Positions 1-10,440 of a stretch of 64,000 nucleotides of DNA are shown in pieces. Location of the stretch: IMG/VR virus record IMGVR_UViG_3300023714_000001. One strand, 5' to 3'. This DNA comes from a virus (taxonomy: Duplodnaviria; Caudoviricetes). Every line of letters starts with the position of its first letter. The first letter of the stretch is position 1. A program made the translations under genes and the position numbers. Under the pieces are notes generated by a model, which worked only from the letters and a program-made list of their open reading frames with translations, was not told where the DNA came from and did no database searches.

Positions 1-312
1 AACCATTATCTGACCATGTTCCTTCTTGCGGTCACACAACCATGGGTTGACTTCCAGAATTCCTTCCTTGAATTCCTCGTGAGCTCTTTCACCATAGGTG
101 TTTTTGGCGAGATAGTAGTCCACGATATCATCAAGCGATTCTGCTTTTAAGGAATCAGCTTTATAGGTTTCCATACAGTAGATGTAGTCCGTCTTTGTGC
201 TCGCAACCGTACCGGGCATTTCTGCGTGTGTCACGACTTGGCCTGCGCTCGCTACGCTCGCGCTCATAATGCCGGCAGCCATAAGTGAAGCAATAATTTT
301 CTTTTTCAACAA
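1..312 (-). CDS. Exported protein with signal peptide, possibly LysM-like (3' end outside window)
   Basis: AGGAGG RBS then TTG. Translation MLKKKIIASLMAAGIMSASVASAG shows a basic, hydrophobic, AxA signal peptide; later ESLDDIVDYY...ILEVNPWL is LysM-like. Open to the window edge, so absent from the ORF track. Confidence 0.55.
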   Translation of the reverse strand, partial: MLKKKIIASLMAAGIMSASVASAGQVVTHAEMPGTVASTKTDYIYCMETYKADSLKAESLDDIVDYYLAKNTYGERAHEEFKEGILEVNPWLCDRKKEHGQIMV

Positions 313-325
313 AAACCCTCCTTTC

Positions 326-919
326 TTACGCTACTTTAGCGTCTCGCTGTTCTGTTTCCTTAAGCAGCTTTTCATACTTTTCTTTCCAGTGTTTACGGTA
401 TCTATCCTGGACAGCCAGCTTTTTTCTAAGGTCGCCGTTTTTGCGGTACATATCTGTCCAGCTAAGGTCGCGTTCTGTCATTTTCTGTCGCAGATCTTTA
501 TTCTCTGCTTTTAATCGCTCAATTTCTTTCTTCGCTGCTTCATACTTGTCATCGGAATCTGGATTGTTGTCGCCATTAATAGAGTCTCCATCAGACAGCT
601 TTTTGCCGATAAAGTTGTACATACCGATGCAGTCAATAGCAAAGCCTTCTTTTGCTACCATATCCTCAAGGAGGTGGAGGATTTTTGTCTCGGTTTCGAC
701 GGCTTCCTTATTTTCTTCAGCCGAGCACTTTCCACTTTCAAGATTGCGAACGATTGTGCCATATGTTGCTTTAAGCTGCCAAAGCTCATTTACCTTGCCG
801 CTTAACATGTTATAATTGTGGCGGCGGGCGGCCACTTCCCCAATTCCCTTCGCTGTTTCGATAGTGTCTTTTTTATCCATTGCAACTCGTCCTTTCTTAC
901 GCAGTCTTTTTATCGTCAA
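326..919 (-). CDS. Hypothetical protein with C-terminal coiled coil
   Basis: ORF in minus-strand operon; likely start at M14 (880) after AAAGGA; ends -KVA. Confidence 0.7.
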   Translation of the reverse strand: MTIKRLRKKGRVAMDKKDTIETAKGIGEVAARRHNYNMLSGKVNELWQLKATYGTIVRNLESGKCSAEENKEAVETETKILHLLEDMVAKEGFAIDCIGMYNFIGKKLSDGDSINGDNNPDSDDKYEAAKKEIERLKAENKDLRQKMTERDLSWTDMYRKNGDLRKKLAVQDRYRKHWKEKYEKLLKETEQRDAKVA

Positions 920-1235
920 TATTGTATGCTTTTACCACTTCTTGTCCTACCCGATAATTAATGAAAGCCGGATATATCAGTATAGTGTCAATACACTCCC
1001 TGATGATTTCTTCGCTTACGCCGGTGCCATCTTCACCATCTCTCAGAAGCCCTTCTTCAGCTCGCAGCGACTTCATTTTGAGCTCGCCAATAATCCTAAA
1101 GGCCTTAACCGCTTCATATGCATCGATCGCGCTTACGCCGCTATCTTTTAACAGCGCAGCAATCTTAGCCGGCGCCAATTCTGTATTCCGGCTATGTTCT
1201 TCTATCCACTTACTGATAGTTTCGTTCATTTTCAT
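897..1235 (-). CDS. Hypothetical protein
   Basis: AAGGA RBS, tightly packed in operon. Confidence 0.7.
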   Translation of the reverse strand: MKMNETISKWIEEHSRNTELAPAKIAALLKDSGVSAIDAYEAVKAFRIIGELKMKSLRAEEGLLRDGEDGTGVSEEIIRECIDTILIYPAFINYRVGQEVVKAYNIDDKKTA

Positions 1236-1271
1236 TTTCCTTTCTTATTCATACCGTCAGTTCATGGGCGT

Positions 1272-1805
1272 TTATTTTATGCGCTCAATCAGTTTGCCGT
1301 TTTGGATAACAACTTTGCTTGTCAATTCATACTCTACGATTTCTTCCAGCTCAAATTTGACTTTCGGAAACTTTTTACTAATGGCCGGCGCAATATCTTC
1401 ATTGCAAATATAATTTCCCCACCAGTTAAGTTCCGTGCCATCGTCACTATATTTAACCTGTTCCATACCCAGACAATCCGCTACGTGCATATCCCAAGGG
1501 CGGGAATAAGTAACGTAAGCGTCCGGCACATCATCTTTGACCGGCTCAGCTACCGAAAATCCTTTGCTAAGGAATTCTTCTTTGTCTTTCAGAAAAGCTT
1601 TTACGCGGTAACCTTTCTTAATCTCCTCATCGTAGTTTACGCCGAGTTCACGAAGGTCAATAACTTCCTCCAGTATTCTACTTGTCACTTCTCCGTCACG
1701 GTTGTAACGGAACACTTCATGCGGGCGGACAAGGCTTCCCAGTAAATCCTTAATCGTTATATCTCCGTCTGCCACTTTGATTCTCTGCATAACAAAAACG
1801 CTCAT
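1272..1805 (-). CDS. Hypothetical protein
   Basis: GAGGAG RBS, 177 aa. Confidence 0.75.
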   Translation of the reverse strand: MSVFVMQRIKVADGDITIKDLLGSLVRPHEVFRYNRDGEVTSRILEEVIDLRELGVNYDEEIKKGYRVKAFLKDKEEFLSKGFSVAEPVKDDVPDAYVTYSRPWDMHVADCLGMEQVKYSDDGTELNWWGNYICNEDIAPAISKKFPKVKFELEEIVEYELTSKVVIQNGKLIERIK

Positions 1806-1874
1806 TGTTACTCCTCACTTTCTTAAATCAGTTTGTAACAACTCTCCAAACTGCCGGTACTTCTCAAGATCCTT

Positions 1875-2063
1875 TTAAGAGTACCACTTATGAACTCTAT
1901 CGTAAGCATCAGCTACTTCTTTGCAACCTGCGTCCACAAGAAACTCCGCGATAATCTCATCTGCTTCTTCATGGGCAGTTTCGATGTCAGGACTGTTCTG
2001 ACAGGCTTCCAACATCTTAATTGCTTCTTCCTCGTTCATGTTCTCGCCCCTCCTACTTTTCAT
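1875..2063 (-). CDS. Small acidic hypothetical protein
   Basis: AGGAGG RBS before MNEEEA; D-x-E-x-x-H-x-x-A-D motif typical of small phage proteins. Confidence 0.65.
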   Translation of the reverse strand: MKSRRGENMNEEEAIKMLEACQNSPDIETAHEEADEIIAEFLVDAGCKEVADAYDRVHKWYS

Positions 2064-2085
2064 CTGCTTCTTCAGGTGATGAAAC

Positions 2086-2421
2086 TCAGTATTCAGGAGT
2101 GCAGCCGGGAAAAGCCGCTCTCTCTGAACGGTCTATGTCATAATGCCACAGGCCATTCTTGAATACCATCTTTTTAATCTTGACGTCTGTCAACTCTCCA
2201 CACCAATAAGGCGTGCAGAATTCCACTTGTCCAGATTCGGGATTAAATATCCCGTTTGCCGTCGGGCAGGAGAAGTACTCCGCCCAATCTCCATCTTGAG
2301 GATTTTCCACCAGGATTTCCTTCGGATGAAACATATGGTCGATTCCATACTTGTTGACCTGTTCGATTAAATCGAGCGGGTCGATAGTGAAAATAGTTCC
2401 CTTGCTATTTGTCAGTTTCAT
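2086..2421 (-). CDS. Hypothetical protein
   Basis: AGGAGGT RBS. Confidence 0.7.
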   Translation of the reverse strand: MKLTNSKGTIFTIDPLDLIEQVNKYGIDHMFHPKEILVENPQDGDWAEYFSCPTANGIFNPESGQVEFCTPYWCGELTDVKIKKMVFKNGLWHYDIDRSERAAFPGCTPEY

Positions 2422-2486
2422 ATTTATTACCTCCTAATTTTTCAACCGGCAAGATGGCAACTCAACATTTCATAGGTATCAATATC

Positions 2487-2762
2487 TTATGCCGTTACTA
2501 TATCTGCAGCAATTTTATCACAGACTTCGCAGATTTCTTCTTCGGAAGCATCACTCATATTGCCGGGGTCATAGTCGCACACCAGTTCAATACTTTTAAG
2601 AGATTCAGCATCAACACCTTTGCGCGCTAATCTCTTGAGCCAGTAATCCCGCCGAGCAATCTGGACGTCTTCAATCACTCCCCAGTACACGCAGGCGTTG
2701 TAATCCGTATATACTGAAGCGTAGCGGCCCAATAAAAATCTAATCTTATTCATCTTTAACAA
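2487..2762 (-). CDS. Hypothetical protein
   Basis: Operon context. Confidence 0.6.
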   Translation of the reverse strand: MLKMNKIRFLLGRYASVYTDYNACVYWGVIEDVQIARRDYWLKRLARKGVDAESLKSIELVCDYDPGNMSDASEEEICEVCDKIAADIVTA

Positions 2763-2953
2763 CCCTTCTTCTTACTCAAAGCCGTATATACTTTGGTACA
2801 TTTACAGGGTGTTCCTATTCCAAGGAACGGGAAGCAGCCAGTTATTCTCCTGCGTCCATATATTTTACGCAGCGCGCCCGCGGGCGGCTTCTTCCCCTGC
2901 AGACAGTACGAAGCTTTCATTATCTTCTTAGTCTCAACACTCGCGATTATCAT
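2756..2953 (-). CDS. Small basic hypothetical protein
   Basis: AAAGGA RBS, overlaps next gene. Confidence 0.5.
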   Translation of the reverse strand: MIIASVETKKIMKASYCLQGKKPPAGALRKIYGRRRITGCFPFLGIGTPCKCTKVYTALSKKKGC

Positions 2954-2987
2954 GATTCAACTTTCCTTTCTGCTATCCTCATGAGTT

Positions 2988-3845
2988 TCACTTTGCCAGT
3001 TTATAGCAGCTCTCCAAAGAATCGGCGCCGCCAATGAATCCCGTTGCGTGAACGAATATTCCATCCGTAATACCGGCAGCGGCATTAAGTTCTTTATTCC
3101 TAAGACCCTTATACTTCAGTTCATGGTTAAGTTTAAAAGAGCCAATCTTATTCACGCCCTGGATACGATATCCACCATTCTTCATTGGGAACGTAAAGAA
3201 CTTGACTTCTTTTTCTGGGAACCGGTCATTCCACTGCTGACACTCCTTAACGCCATGAGACATATAATGCGGGAAGTTGGCAATACCATCTTCTCCCATC
3301 GCCTTGAATGCTTTAACACATTCCTCATGTTCAGGGGCAGACTTCTTTGCATCATTCAGCATAGAAGCAAAAATATTTGTTGCTATTTCGACAGCAAGCC
3401 GGAACTGCCATATCTGACATATGTCATCGCTAATATCTTCGCTGTTAAGCCAGTGAACAAAACTAAACGGGCTCGGTACACCATCAAAGTCCTGGCCATT
3501 GTCCCTTGCCTGCAGGTCATATAAACCATTGAACAGCAAGACATTTAACTCTTCCTGCGCAAGCTTGCCGTCTTTTACTGCCTGCTTCAGTACCTTGCCT
3601 AAAGCAGACAGATAAATACCGTTGTTATACTGCCAGTCACGGGCAGCACCATGATGGTCAAACTGACCACCGCCAATGTCAATAAGCGTATAACCTTCCT
3701 GACGGGCTTTTTCAATAGCCTCTTCATCACGAGCAGGGATACGGATGACGCTTTTAGGTTCGCCATATAAAACATTGATGACCGCATTGGCGGTTACTTC
3801 GTCCGGATGAATAACGCTATCATGTACAGCTACTTTCTCAAACAT
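2988..3845 (-). CDS. MYG1 (UPF0160) family metal-dependent hydrolase/exonuclease
   Basis: Motifs HDSVIHPDE, IDIGGGQFDHH, DGIFVHATGFIGG match the MYG1 HxGxFHxDE / DxG..FDHH / FxHxxGFIG pattern. Confidence 0.85.
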   Translation of the reverse strand: MFEKVAVHDSVIHPDEVTANAVINVLYGEPKSVIRIPARDEEAIEKARQEGYTLIDIGGGQFDHHGAARDWQYNNGIYLSALGKVLKQAVKDGKLAQEELNVLLFNGLYDLQARDNGQDFDGVPSPFSFVHWLNSEDISDDICQIWQFRLAVEIATNIFASMLNDAKKSAPEHEECVKAFKAMGEDGIANFPHYMSHGVKECQQWNDRFPEKEVKFFTFPMKNGGYRIQGVNKIGSFKLNHELKYKGLRNKELNAAAGITDGIFVHATGFIGGADSLESCYKLAK

Positions 3846-3883
3846 AATATATCAATCTCCTTTTCTTACTTACACACATACAG

Positions 3884-4648
3884 TTAGTTATCTGTCTCGA
3901 TAAGCAACGGTTTTGATCTTACTGTGATGTAACACCAGCACCAACTGCTGTACCGGAACTTAAAACTATCGCCAGACCATTTCGGCGGCTCATTTTCATA
4001 ATGCCCGCTGCAGCATTTCCATACGTTATCGATAATTTTCTTTACTGTCTTATCTTCTACACTATCAATATGATGGCTAGAGATAAAGTTCTGTCTCGTA
4101 AAGTGGTCATTTTTTGGCGCCTCTGTATTATGCCATCTGAACACAACTGTAACCAGGTACTTAGCATTTTTGTTGTAGTTGTCTTCATTGATGTAACTCA
4201 GCTGATGCCGATGGGATTCACTGAGCCGGTAAAATGAGTCTTCGTACTCTACCATGTGCCCGATATAACATACCTGTTCTTTATCAGACAGCCTTGAGAA
4301 CTCTTCCAGAAATACGTCCGCATTAGCAAGTACACGAAATGGCATTTCTTCACAGACATGCCAAATTACGCCTTGGAACTCTTCCCGCCAGTTATCTTTA
4401 ACCAGCTGATAGAAGAGCTGCTTCCTCGTCATCTTCTCCGGCGCGTCTTTGCTGTTATCTTTTTCCGCGCGCTGCTTTTTGTATACGAATGGTTCAAACT
4501 CAACCCAGGCTGTATCCAAACAGCTTGAATCTCTTACACACTTAATTTTATAGCTGTCAGGAATATTATCCTCATTCCTCATGACACCTTCAACATCTTT
4601 GTTGGGGTCGCATTTTGCTAACTCACGTATCAGTTCATATACTTTCAT
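3884..4648 (-). CDS. Hypothetical protein
   Basis: N-terminal MKVYELIRELAKCDPNKDV motif common in phage ORFans. Confidence 0.7.
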   Translation of the reverse strand: MKVYELIRELAKCDPNKDVEGVMRNEDNIPDSYKIKCVRDSSCLDTAWVEFEPFVYKKQRAEKDNSKDAPEKMTRKQLFYQLVKDNWREEFQGVIWHVCEEMPFRVLANADVFLEEFSRLSDKEQVCYIGHMVEYEDSFYRLSESHRHQLSYINEDNYNKNAKYLVTVVFRWHNTEAPKNDHFTRQNFISSHHIDSVEDKTVKKIIDNVWKCCSGHYENEPPKWSGDSFKFRYSSWCWCYITVRSKPLLIETDN

Positions 4649-4660
4649 GGTCTTATCCCT

Positions 4661-4849
4661 TCATACGCTTACATAACTCATTCTCTGTTTAAGGTCGCGG
4701 AAAATTCTTTTCAGCTTGTCATTTTCCTCCTGCAGCTCATCACATCTGCGCAGCTTGCAGTATATTTTGAAGGCCTCATTGCCTGACAAGGTAATTTCTT
4801 TAGCACTGGCCATACAATCTTGTAGCTCATCAATTTTTCGCGCATTCAT
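4661..4849 (-). CDS. Small hypothetical protein
   Basis: Operon context. Confidence 0.55.
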   Translation of the reverse strand: MNARKIDELQDCMASAKEITLSGNEAFKIYCKLRRCDELQEENDKLKRIFRDLKQRMSYVSV

Positions 4850-5684
4850 CTGTCTTACACCCTCTCAATTCCCTCATTGCTTTCGGCAGCAGACCGTATA
4901 CTCCATTCTCATACTTCTCTGCTTTTTGCAGAGCATGTTCGAGATATTCCCGCTTTACATGTCTTTTCTGACGGATACTGTTGTAATGACTACCAAACTG
5001 TACACGTATCAGATAATCGGCGCGCAGCTCTTTATCGTTCTTCACATCGTTTTCGTCACCATTAAAGAAGCTCTTATAGACAACAATACATGGATTTTCC
5101 TGTACAACGCCAAAAATACTCTTCTCCTGCAGCTCCTTCAAATCTCTAAGCGTTACATAGTCACGACGAACATTGGCAAAGGTACTACCGGAGCATTCTC
5201 CATGCTCCTTTTCATACTGCTCAGCATAGAATAACTTATCAGCCAGTGCCTGCGCCGGCAATGCAATATTCAATTCAAGTGCCTTACTGTTTATAGCAAC
5301 AGCAGCGGGATACACTTTGTCGTCCTCCAGATTAAACAGCTTATCGGTCAACTCTTTGTAGTTTTCAGTAAAGCTCTTCCAATGCTCGTATTTATTCATA
5401 ACCATGTTATGTACTGCTGTGTCTAATGTTAACAAACAGTTTAACATTTCTACATGACGCATGCCGGCTCCGTTCTCACATGATTCGCAGCTGTCTACTG
5501 CCTCATAGAACAGTATAGTTCTAAGCTCCATATACTTTTCAATATCTACGGACGTTTGGCTTCTTACGCTGTCTTTTATGAAGCTGTTTACTACCGCGCG
5601 CCAATAATCCTCATCGGCTGTTAAGAAGCTCTTACCATGAAACTTAACTTCGTTGTATTCTTTTTCCAGTTTATATATATCCAT
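4830..5684 (-). CDS. Hypothetical protein
   Basis: AAGGAG RBS, 284 aa. Confidence 0.75.
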   Translation of the reverse strand: MDIYKLEKEYNEVKFHGKSFLTADEDYWRAVVNSFIKDSVRSQTSVDIEKYMELRTILFYEAVDSCESCENGAGMRHVEMLNCLLTLDTAVHNMVMNKYEHWKSFTENYKELTDKLFNLEDDKVYPAAVAINSKALELNIALPAQALADKLFYAEQYEKEHGECSGSTFANVRRDYVTLRDLKELQEKSIFGVVQENPCIVVYKSFFNGDENDVKNDKELRADYLIRVQFGSHYNSIRQKRHVKREYLEHALQKAEKYENGVYGLLPKAMRELRGCKTDECAKN

Positions 5685-5755
5685 TTTTCTTTTTACTCCT
5701 TCTGTTAAATATCCGAAATATTCAGACTATATCCTAATATTTCGCGCGTATTATG

Positions 5756-6334
5756 TTAATACCAGATACTCCTATACTTCTCGTATTCCTTTTCGCGCAA
5801 TTCTTTTTTCATCTCCAACTTCTTTGCAAATTCTTTATAAGCTTGATTTCTCTCATAAACCCTACATATGTTCAGATACTCTCTATCTGGATTATGCCTA
5901 TACATATGATTAGGATGATTGCGCGCGAAAGTATCCTCTACGCGAATATTAAGCTCATTCAATTGTTCTTGTAGGGTGTTATACTTCTTAACAGTAGTCT
6001 CCTTTACAGACTTTTCCCTACATTTTTGTACGACAAAGGCTTCGAATGAATCAATCGTACTCTTAGTGATAGGATAGTTGTAGTAACGTATACAGGCGTC
6101 AAACATGGCCTTTATAAGAATATCCTCTTCTTCTGTTGCAAAAATCCTTCCGCCGGGCGCGGCAACATACTCCGGACAACATCTCCCCTTAAGTCCACAG
6201 GAGATAAAGTCAATCTTTACCGGAGCATTAGGGAAAGGATGTATGATATCCTTGGACTCTTTCTTAGGCGCAGCCTTATCTTCTTTCGGATTTTCTTCTA
6301 CACCTAATATCATCTTCAATATACCGGTCAACAT
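5756..6334 (-). CDS. Hypothetical protein
   Basis: GAGGTG RBS, 192 aa. Confidence 0.7.
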   Translation of the reverse strand: MLTGILKMILGVEENPKEDKAAPKKESKDIIHPFPNAPVKIDFISCGLKGRCCPEYVAAPGGRIFATEEEDILIKAMFDACIRYYNYPITKSTIDSFEAFVVQKCREKSVKETTVKKYNTLQEQLNELNIRVEDTFARNHPNHMYRHNPDREYLNICRVYERNQAYKEFAKKLEMKKELREKEYEKYRSIWY

Positions 6335-7582
6335 ATATCTGCCTTACACCTCACTTGTGGCTATTCTCTTCTTCACTGCTAAGATAAATGAAAGAATACC
6401 TTCTTACTTACTTCTTACACATAATATACACGTTAAAACCCCTCATTGTCAAGAAGGGTGTGTACAAAATTCTATAGAGCTTGTAATTAAGGAAAAATAT
6501 TTTCTGGTCTTAACGTGCTTTCCTTGTCTCTGGGCTACGCCCTATAGGGTTCCAACCTTGTATTTGTGGGCGGAGCAGCGTTGTATGTGCGTGGGGAGAG
6601 CTACTGCCTTGCGGAGCGACGCGTTTGTACATGTGCGCGATATGCGGCTCTATATGGCTTCATGTAGCTCTATGTAGCTTTGTATTTGTGGGGCGAGCCA
6701 GGTACAACTCCTAACATAAGGTAAAAAATTACCTATTTTGCAAAAACGAAGCCGGTTTTACTTTACGATTTTGCACACCTCGCATGTCATATGCGCAAGA
6801 AAGGCGCATAATCTCGTGTGAAAAGCGTGTACAACACGGCTTCCCAAATTGGCCGTTTTAAGCCATCTGTGAGCGTTTTCTTATCTTCGACGCCGTTTCG
6901 GAAAATTTTCTCTTCAAATGCACTGGAGAGGCCTTTTGAGGCCACTGAGGAGCATTTTTGAAGTCGTTTTCTCAGAGCTGTTTTTAGCTCTTCCTTTTCC
7001 TTTCTCTTCCCTTCTTACTTGCGTCTCATATAAGCATATCACTCATATATTGGCTTAGGGTTTTTGGTATGCCTCTCCGCAAATATATCTGTATATTTGA
7101 CCCTGGAGTACCACATCTCGTACTGCAGAATTTTGCAAAAGTGTAAACCTGCTTTGGGAAAAGTGTTATTTTCCTCTAGGTGGTAAATAAATAATTTTCC
7201 CTGACTTTGGCCTCCTGTATTATAGTTACAATACTATTGTATTTATACAGTATACCTAGTTTACACTCTTGAAAAATTGTGCGCTTCGCGCTGTGGGCTT
7301 TCCCCATGTTTATGCTTTAAGGGGAATACTCCTGCATGGGTATGTCAGGCATAAATAAGCTGCGCTCATAAGGTCTAAGTGATCTTATACAACTTATAGG
7401 GGATAATATATACGCTATTTTAAGGAGACCTGAATGGTCCCGTAAAATTTTGGCGCGCATATATGTTTGCCGGCTCGCTTACGCTCGCCGGCTTTTTGTA
7501 TCGTATATGGGCCTTTATTTACACATTATGTATTTCCCGTATGGGGATACGAGAAAATAATTTGCGGCCTTATACGTGCATT
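6335..7582. other. Long non-coding region, candidate replication origin/centromere region
   Basis: About 1.2 kb with no credible ORF; AT-rich tract, TTGTATTTGTGGG direct repeat (about 6558 and 6680), GAA mini-hairpins, parS-like palindrome at 7417-7448. Confidence 0.4.
7417..7448. promoter_or_regulatory. Second, degenerate parS-like palindrome
   Basis: ATTTTAAGGAGACC-TGAAT-GGTCCCGTAAAAT has the same GACC-N5-GGTCCC core as the inverted repeat upstream of parA. Confidence 0.45.
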
Positions 7583-9595
7583 TTACGCGGCGAATTTTTT
7601 AACCATACCGTTCTTGTTGGCAATGATGTGTCTCCTCCTGCCGGGGAACTGTATGTACTCAAATCTCCAGTCTCCTTTTGCCTTATGGTTATAAGCTCTT
7701 TTATAAGTCTCTACCTTTAGTATCTTATGGATATGACATACTATATAGTTATTTAACTTAATCTGAGCTTTAACTGTTAAGAAGATACATGGACGAATAT
7801 CGCCGCGGACGGATACAGTCGGTTTGACTATGATATAGTCATCTTTGTATCCTGGGATAACGGTAAGCATTATGCCGCAGCCATATTTTAAGATGTCTGC
7901 TACCAGTGAATAATTTGGCTTACCTGTTTTGATGGTATAGAAACCATGTTTCTCTGCAGCCGCTTTCAGGGTTATACAGCCAGTGATATCCGGTTCACTG
8001 TTATTTGCAGGCAGATTATTATCCGTGGCAGTCAAGGCCGGCGTAGTATTTGCGTCTTTGATGGCTGTAGTAATATTGCGCCCGAGCTGGTTAATCATCT
8101 TACTGATGAGGTTTGTATTCTGGGCAGACTGTTCTACAGCTGTGCTGATTCTTGATACGAGCTCACCATTCTTATCTATGCGCTCAGTCATCATTTGTAC
8201 GAGCTGAGCCATAAGCTGCGTATTTTGTGCAGCAATCTGTGAGTTTTGCATAACCAGATGACCAAACTGCTTCATTGCCTCAGAGTTTTGTACAATGACC
8301 TGCTGTATGTCTGCCGCAACTTGCGGGGACATATACGCTCCGGTTTTGCGAATCTGTTTTAAGATTGCCTTAACCTGCTTCTTGAATTGCTTGGCGATTG
8401 GTTTGCGGGACTGCATTAAGACTTCATACAGACCGTCCTCGGTGAGGAACCATGACTCTTGCACTCCACCAGGGGTCGGAACAATCTTCCGAACCTTTTC
8501 TTCCTCCTCAACCGTATTCAACATTTTGTGTACGGAAGATCTGTCGTACTTAATCATCTCAGCCACGTCCTTGGCCAGGAACAATGGTTCTTCTGCCGTG
8601 CCATACACGGTAAAGTTTCTACCAAGCACTTCCTGCTCGGTTACAATCTGTAATTCTGCGCTCATAGGTTTAGCGCTCTCTCCCTCTGCCTCTCCTTCAG
8701 TTTTCTCTTGTGGAGTGATATTCTTTTCGGGCGGCAGCTCGTCCAGCCATTCCATATCGTCATTGCTGCCAACCACCGCACAACCGAACCAGTCGGGGAG
8801 CTTTTCTTGAACCTGTACTTTTGTATCCGGGATGACAATAGGTTTAGGAGACTCTCCCACTGCGGTGGAGTTCATGTCGTCAATCATCTTGTTGAGGCTT
8901 TCTCTAATATCCTTATCCATGCGCTCGCGATAAGTATCAGAATTAATAATCTTCTGAACGGCGTCCAGAGTCACAAGCCACTGCTTGCGTATCTTACTCT
9001 TGTTACCAAATGTCTCTATGATATTGACTTTTATCTTTTCATCGGCGCCGAGGTTTTTGGCCAGTCTGCTGCCGTCATATCCTCCCCACGAACGTTTTAC
9101 AAAATTTAGCCATGCGCATAAATCTGTGGCTTTGACCAGCAAATTTTGCATACCTGCGTCGTAGAGATGATAATTCTGTCCGCCGATTTGAAAATCTGTC
9201 AAAATTTTGACCCTTTCGCCGTGGGCGGTAAAAATTTGCTCCGGTTCTGCAGCGGGTAAATTCTGTGCCGGAATTTTGTCTTTGGATTTGCCTTTGCTAT
9301 TTTTACTCAACATCTTACACACCTCTGTCTTAATGTTGTCACGCTCTTTATCAAGAGACGCGTACGTCAGTATGGCCAGAAAACCTTTTTCTTCCATAAG
9401 GTAATGGCCTTCGGCTTTTTGGAATAATGCTCTTTCGTAAGGATCAAACTTACACAGAGCCTCAATAAACTCAAAGAGTTCTGCATGCTTGATTTTATAC
9501 AGCCTAGCTATCTCTTTGCTGGAGATAAGCTTTTTGTCTGCTACGTGGACGATGTCTATACTATCCATGACATAATCTTCCTTTCTGACTGTCAT
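7583..9595 (-). CDS. Multidomain phage antirepressor/regulator (Rha-like N-terminus plus BRO-N domains)
   Basis: ISSKEIARLYKIKH...YLMEEKGF (Rha-like); LFLAKDVAEMI...WFLTEDGLYEVLMQSRKPIAKQFKKQVKAILKQIRKTGAY (BRO-N). Confidence 0.85.
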   Translation of the reverse strand: MTVRKEDYVMDSIDIVHVADKKLISSKEIARLYKIKHAELFEFIEALCKFDPYERALFQKAEGHYLMEEKGFLAILTYASLDKERDNIKTEVCKMLSKNSKGKSKDKIPAQNLPAAEPEQIFTAHGERVKILTDFQIGGQNYHLYDAGMQNLLVKATDLCAWLNFVKRSWGGYDGSRLAKNLGADEKIKVNIIETFGNKSKIRKQWLVTLDAVQKIINSDTYRERMDKDIRESLNKMIDDMNSTAVGESPKPIVIPDTKVQVQEKLPDWFGCAVVGSNDDMEWLDELPPEKNITPQEKTEGEAEGESAKPMSAELQIVTEQEVLGRNFTVYGTAEEPLFLAKDVAEMIKYDRSSVHKMLNTVEEEEKVRKIVPTPGGVQESWFLTEDGLYEVLMQSRKPIAKQFKKQVKAILKQIRKTGAYMSPQVAADIQQVIVQNSEAMKQFGHLVMQNSQIAAQNTQLMAQLVQMMTERIDKNGELVSRISTAVEQSAQNTNLISKMINQLGRNITTAIKDANTTPALTATDNNLPANNSEPDITGCITLKAAAEKHGFYTIKTGKPNYSLVADILKYGCGIMLTVIPGYKDDYIIVKPTVSVRGDIRPCIFLTVKAQIKLNNYIVCHIHKILKVETYKRAYNHKAKGDWRFEYIQFPGRRRHIIANKNGMVKKFAA

Positions 9596-9599
9596 TTAC

Positions 9600-10440
9600 C
9601 TGACGCGGCTTGAGTTATGCGGGCTCGCTTACGCTCGCCCGCTAAATTATACCGTTCTCTATATGTACATTCATTCATATATTTCTTTTTATCCTAATAG
9701 CTCTATATACACTTTTATTTCTTACACACACATAATGAGTATGTGTGCTGCATATATAATAAAGAGGATTAGGAGATATGAAAGAATATGTGATAGGGAA
9801 AGAGAGATAGAGTATACGGTCTATCTCTCTGTTGGTGGATATGAGATATACACATAAAGAACAGTACAATTTGCGCGCCGGAGGACGCGCGTGGTTATTT
9901 CCATGCGGAGAAGATGTAAGAACTCTTTGCGGGCGGAGATATAGAACTCGCCCTTTTAAGTAAAGAGGTAATCTTACAAAAAGATATCAACTTTTTGTCT
10001 CTAATAGACTATATAAGTGATATCTTTCCGCATGAGTGTTTGCCGGGGCTCACTTCGTTCGCCCCTTAATAGGGGCATGACTTAATATATACATTCTTTT
10101 GTCTTTCTATGTATATATTTCGTTCTGCCCTTCGGGTAGGTCGTATACTATTTTTTACAATGTCTGTAAAAGTTAGTATACTTTTTAAATATTTGTTTTC
10201 TTTTTTCATATGCTCGCTACGCTCGCATATATAAACAAGCTCTGTTCTTTTTGCTTGTTTGATTAGTTGTTTGGGGATTAATATTGTTTGATGTGCTCGC
10301 TCGCTTCGCTCGCTCGCACTAACAAAATATGAGCTTTTGATTTTTTCTTGTTCATCTGTCAGGCAGTTTCTTATTTGTCTGCGCTCACAAGGTCTGACCG
10401 AACAAGTATATCAATCCGCGCTCATAAGGTTGGGCTGAAG
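9600..10440. repeat. Non-coding region with a cluster of GA-mismatch ssDNA hairpins
   Basis: Hairpins at 9619-9642, 10045-10065, 10208-10230, 10293-10319; minus strand reads stem-GA-(GC/AC)-G(A/T)A(A)-(GC/GT)-GA-stem. Confidence 0.7.
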
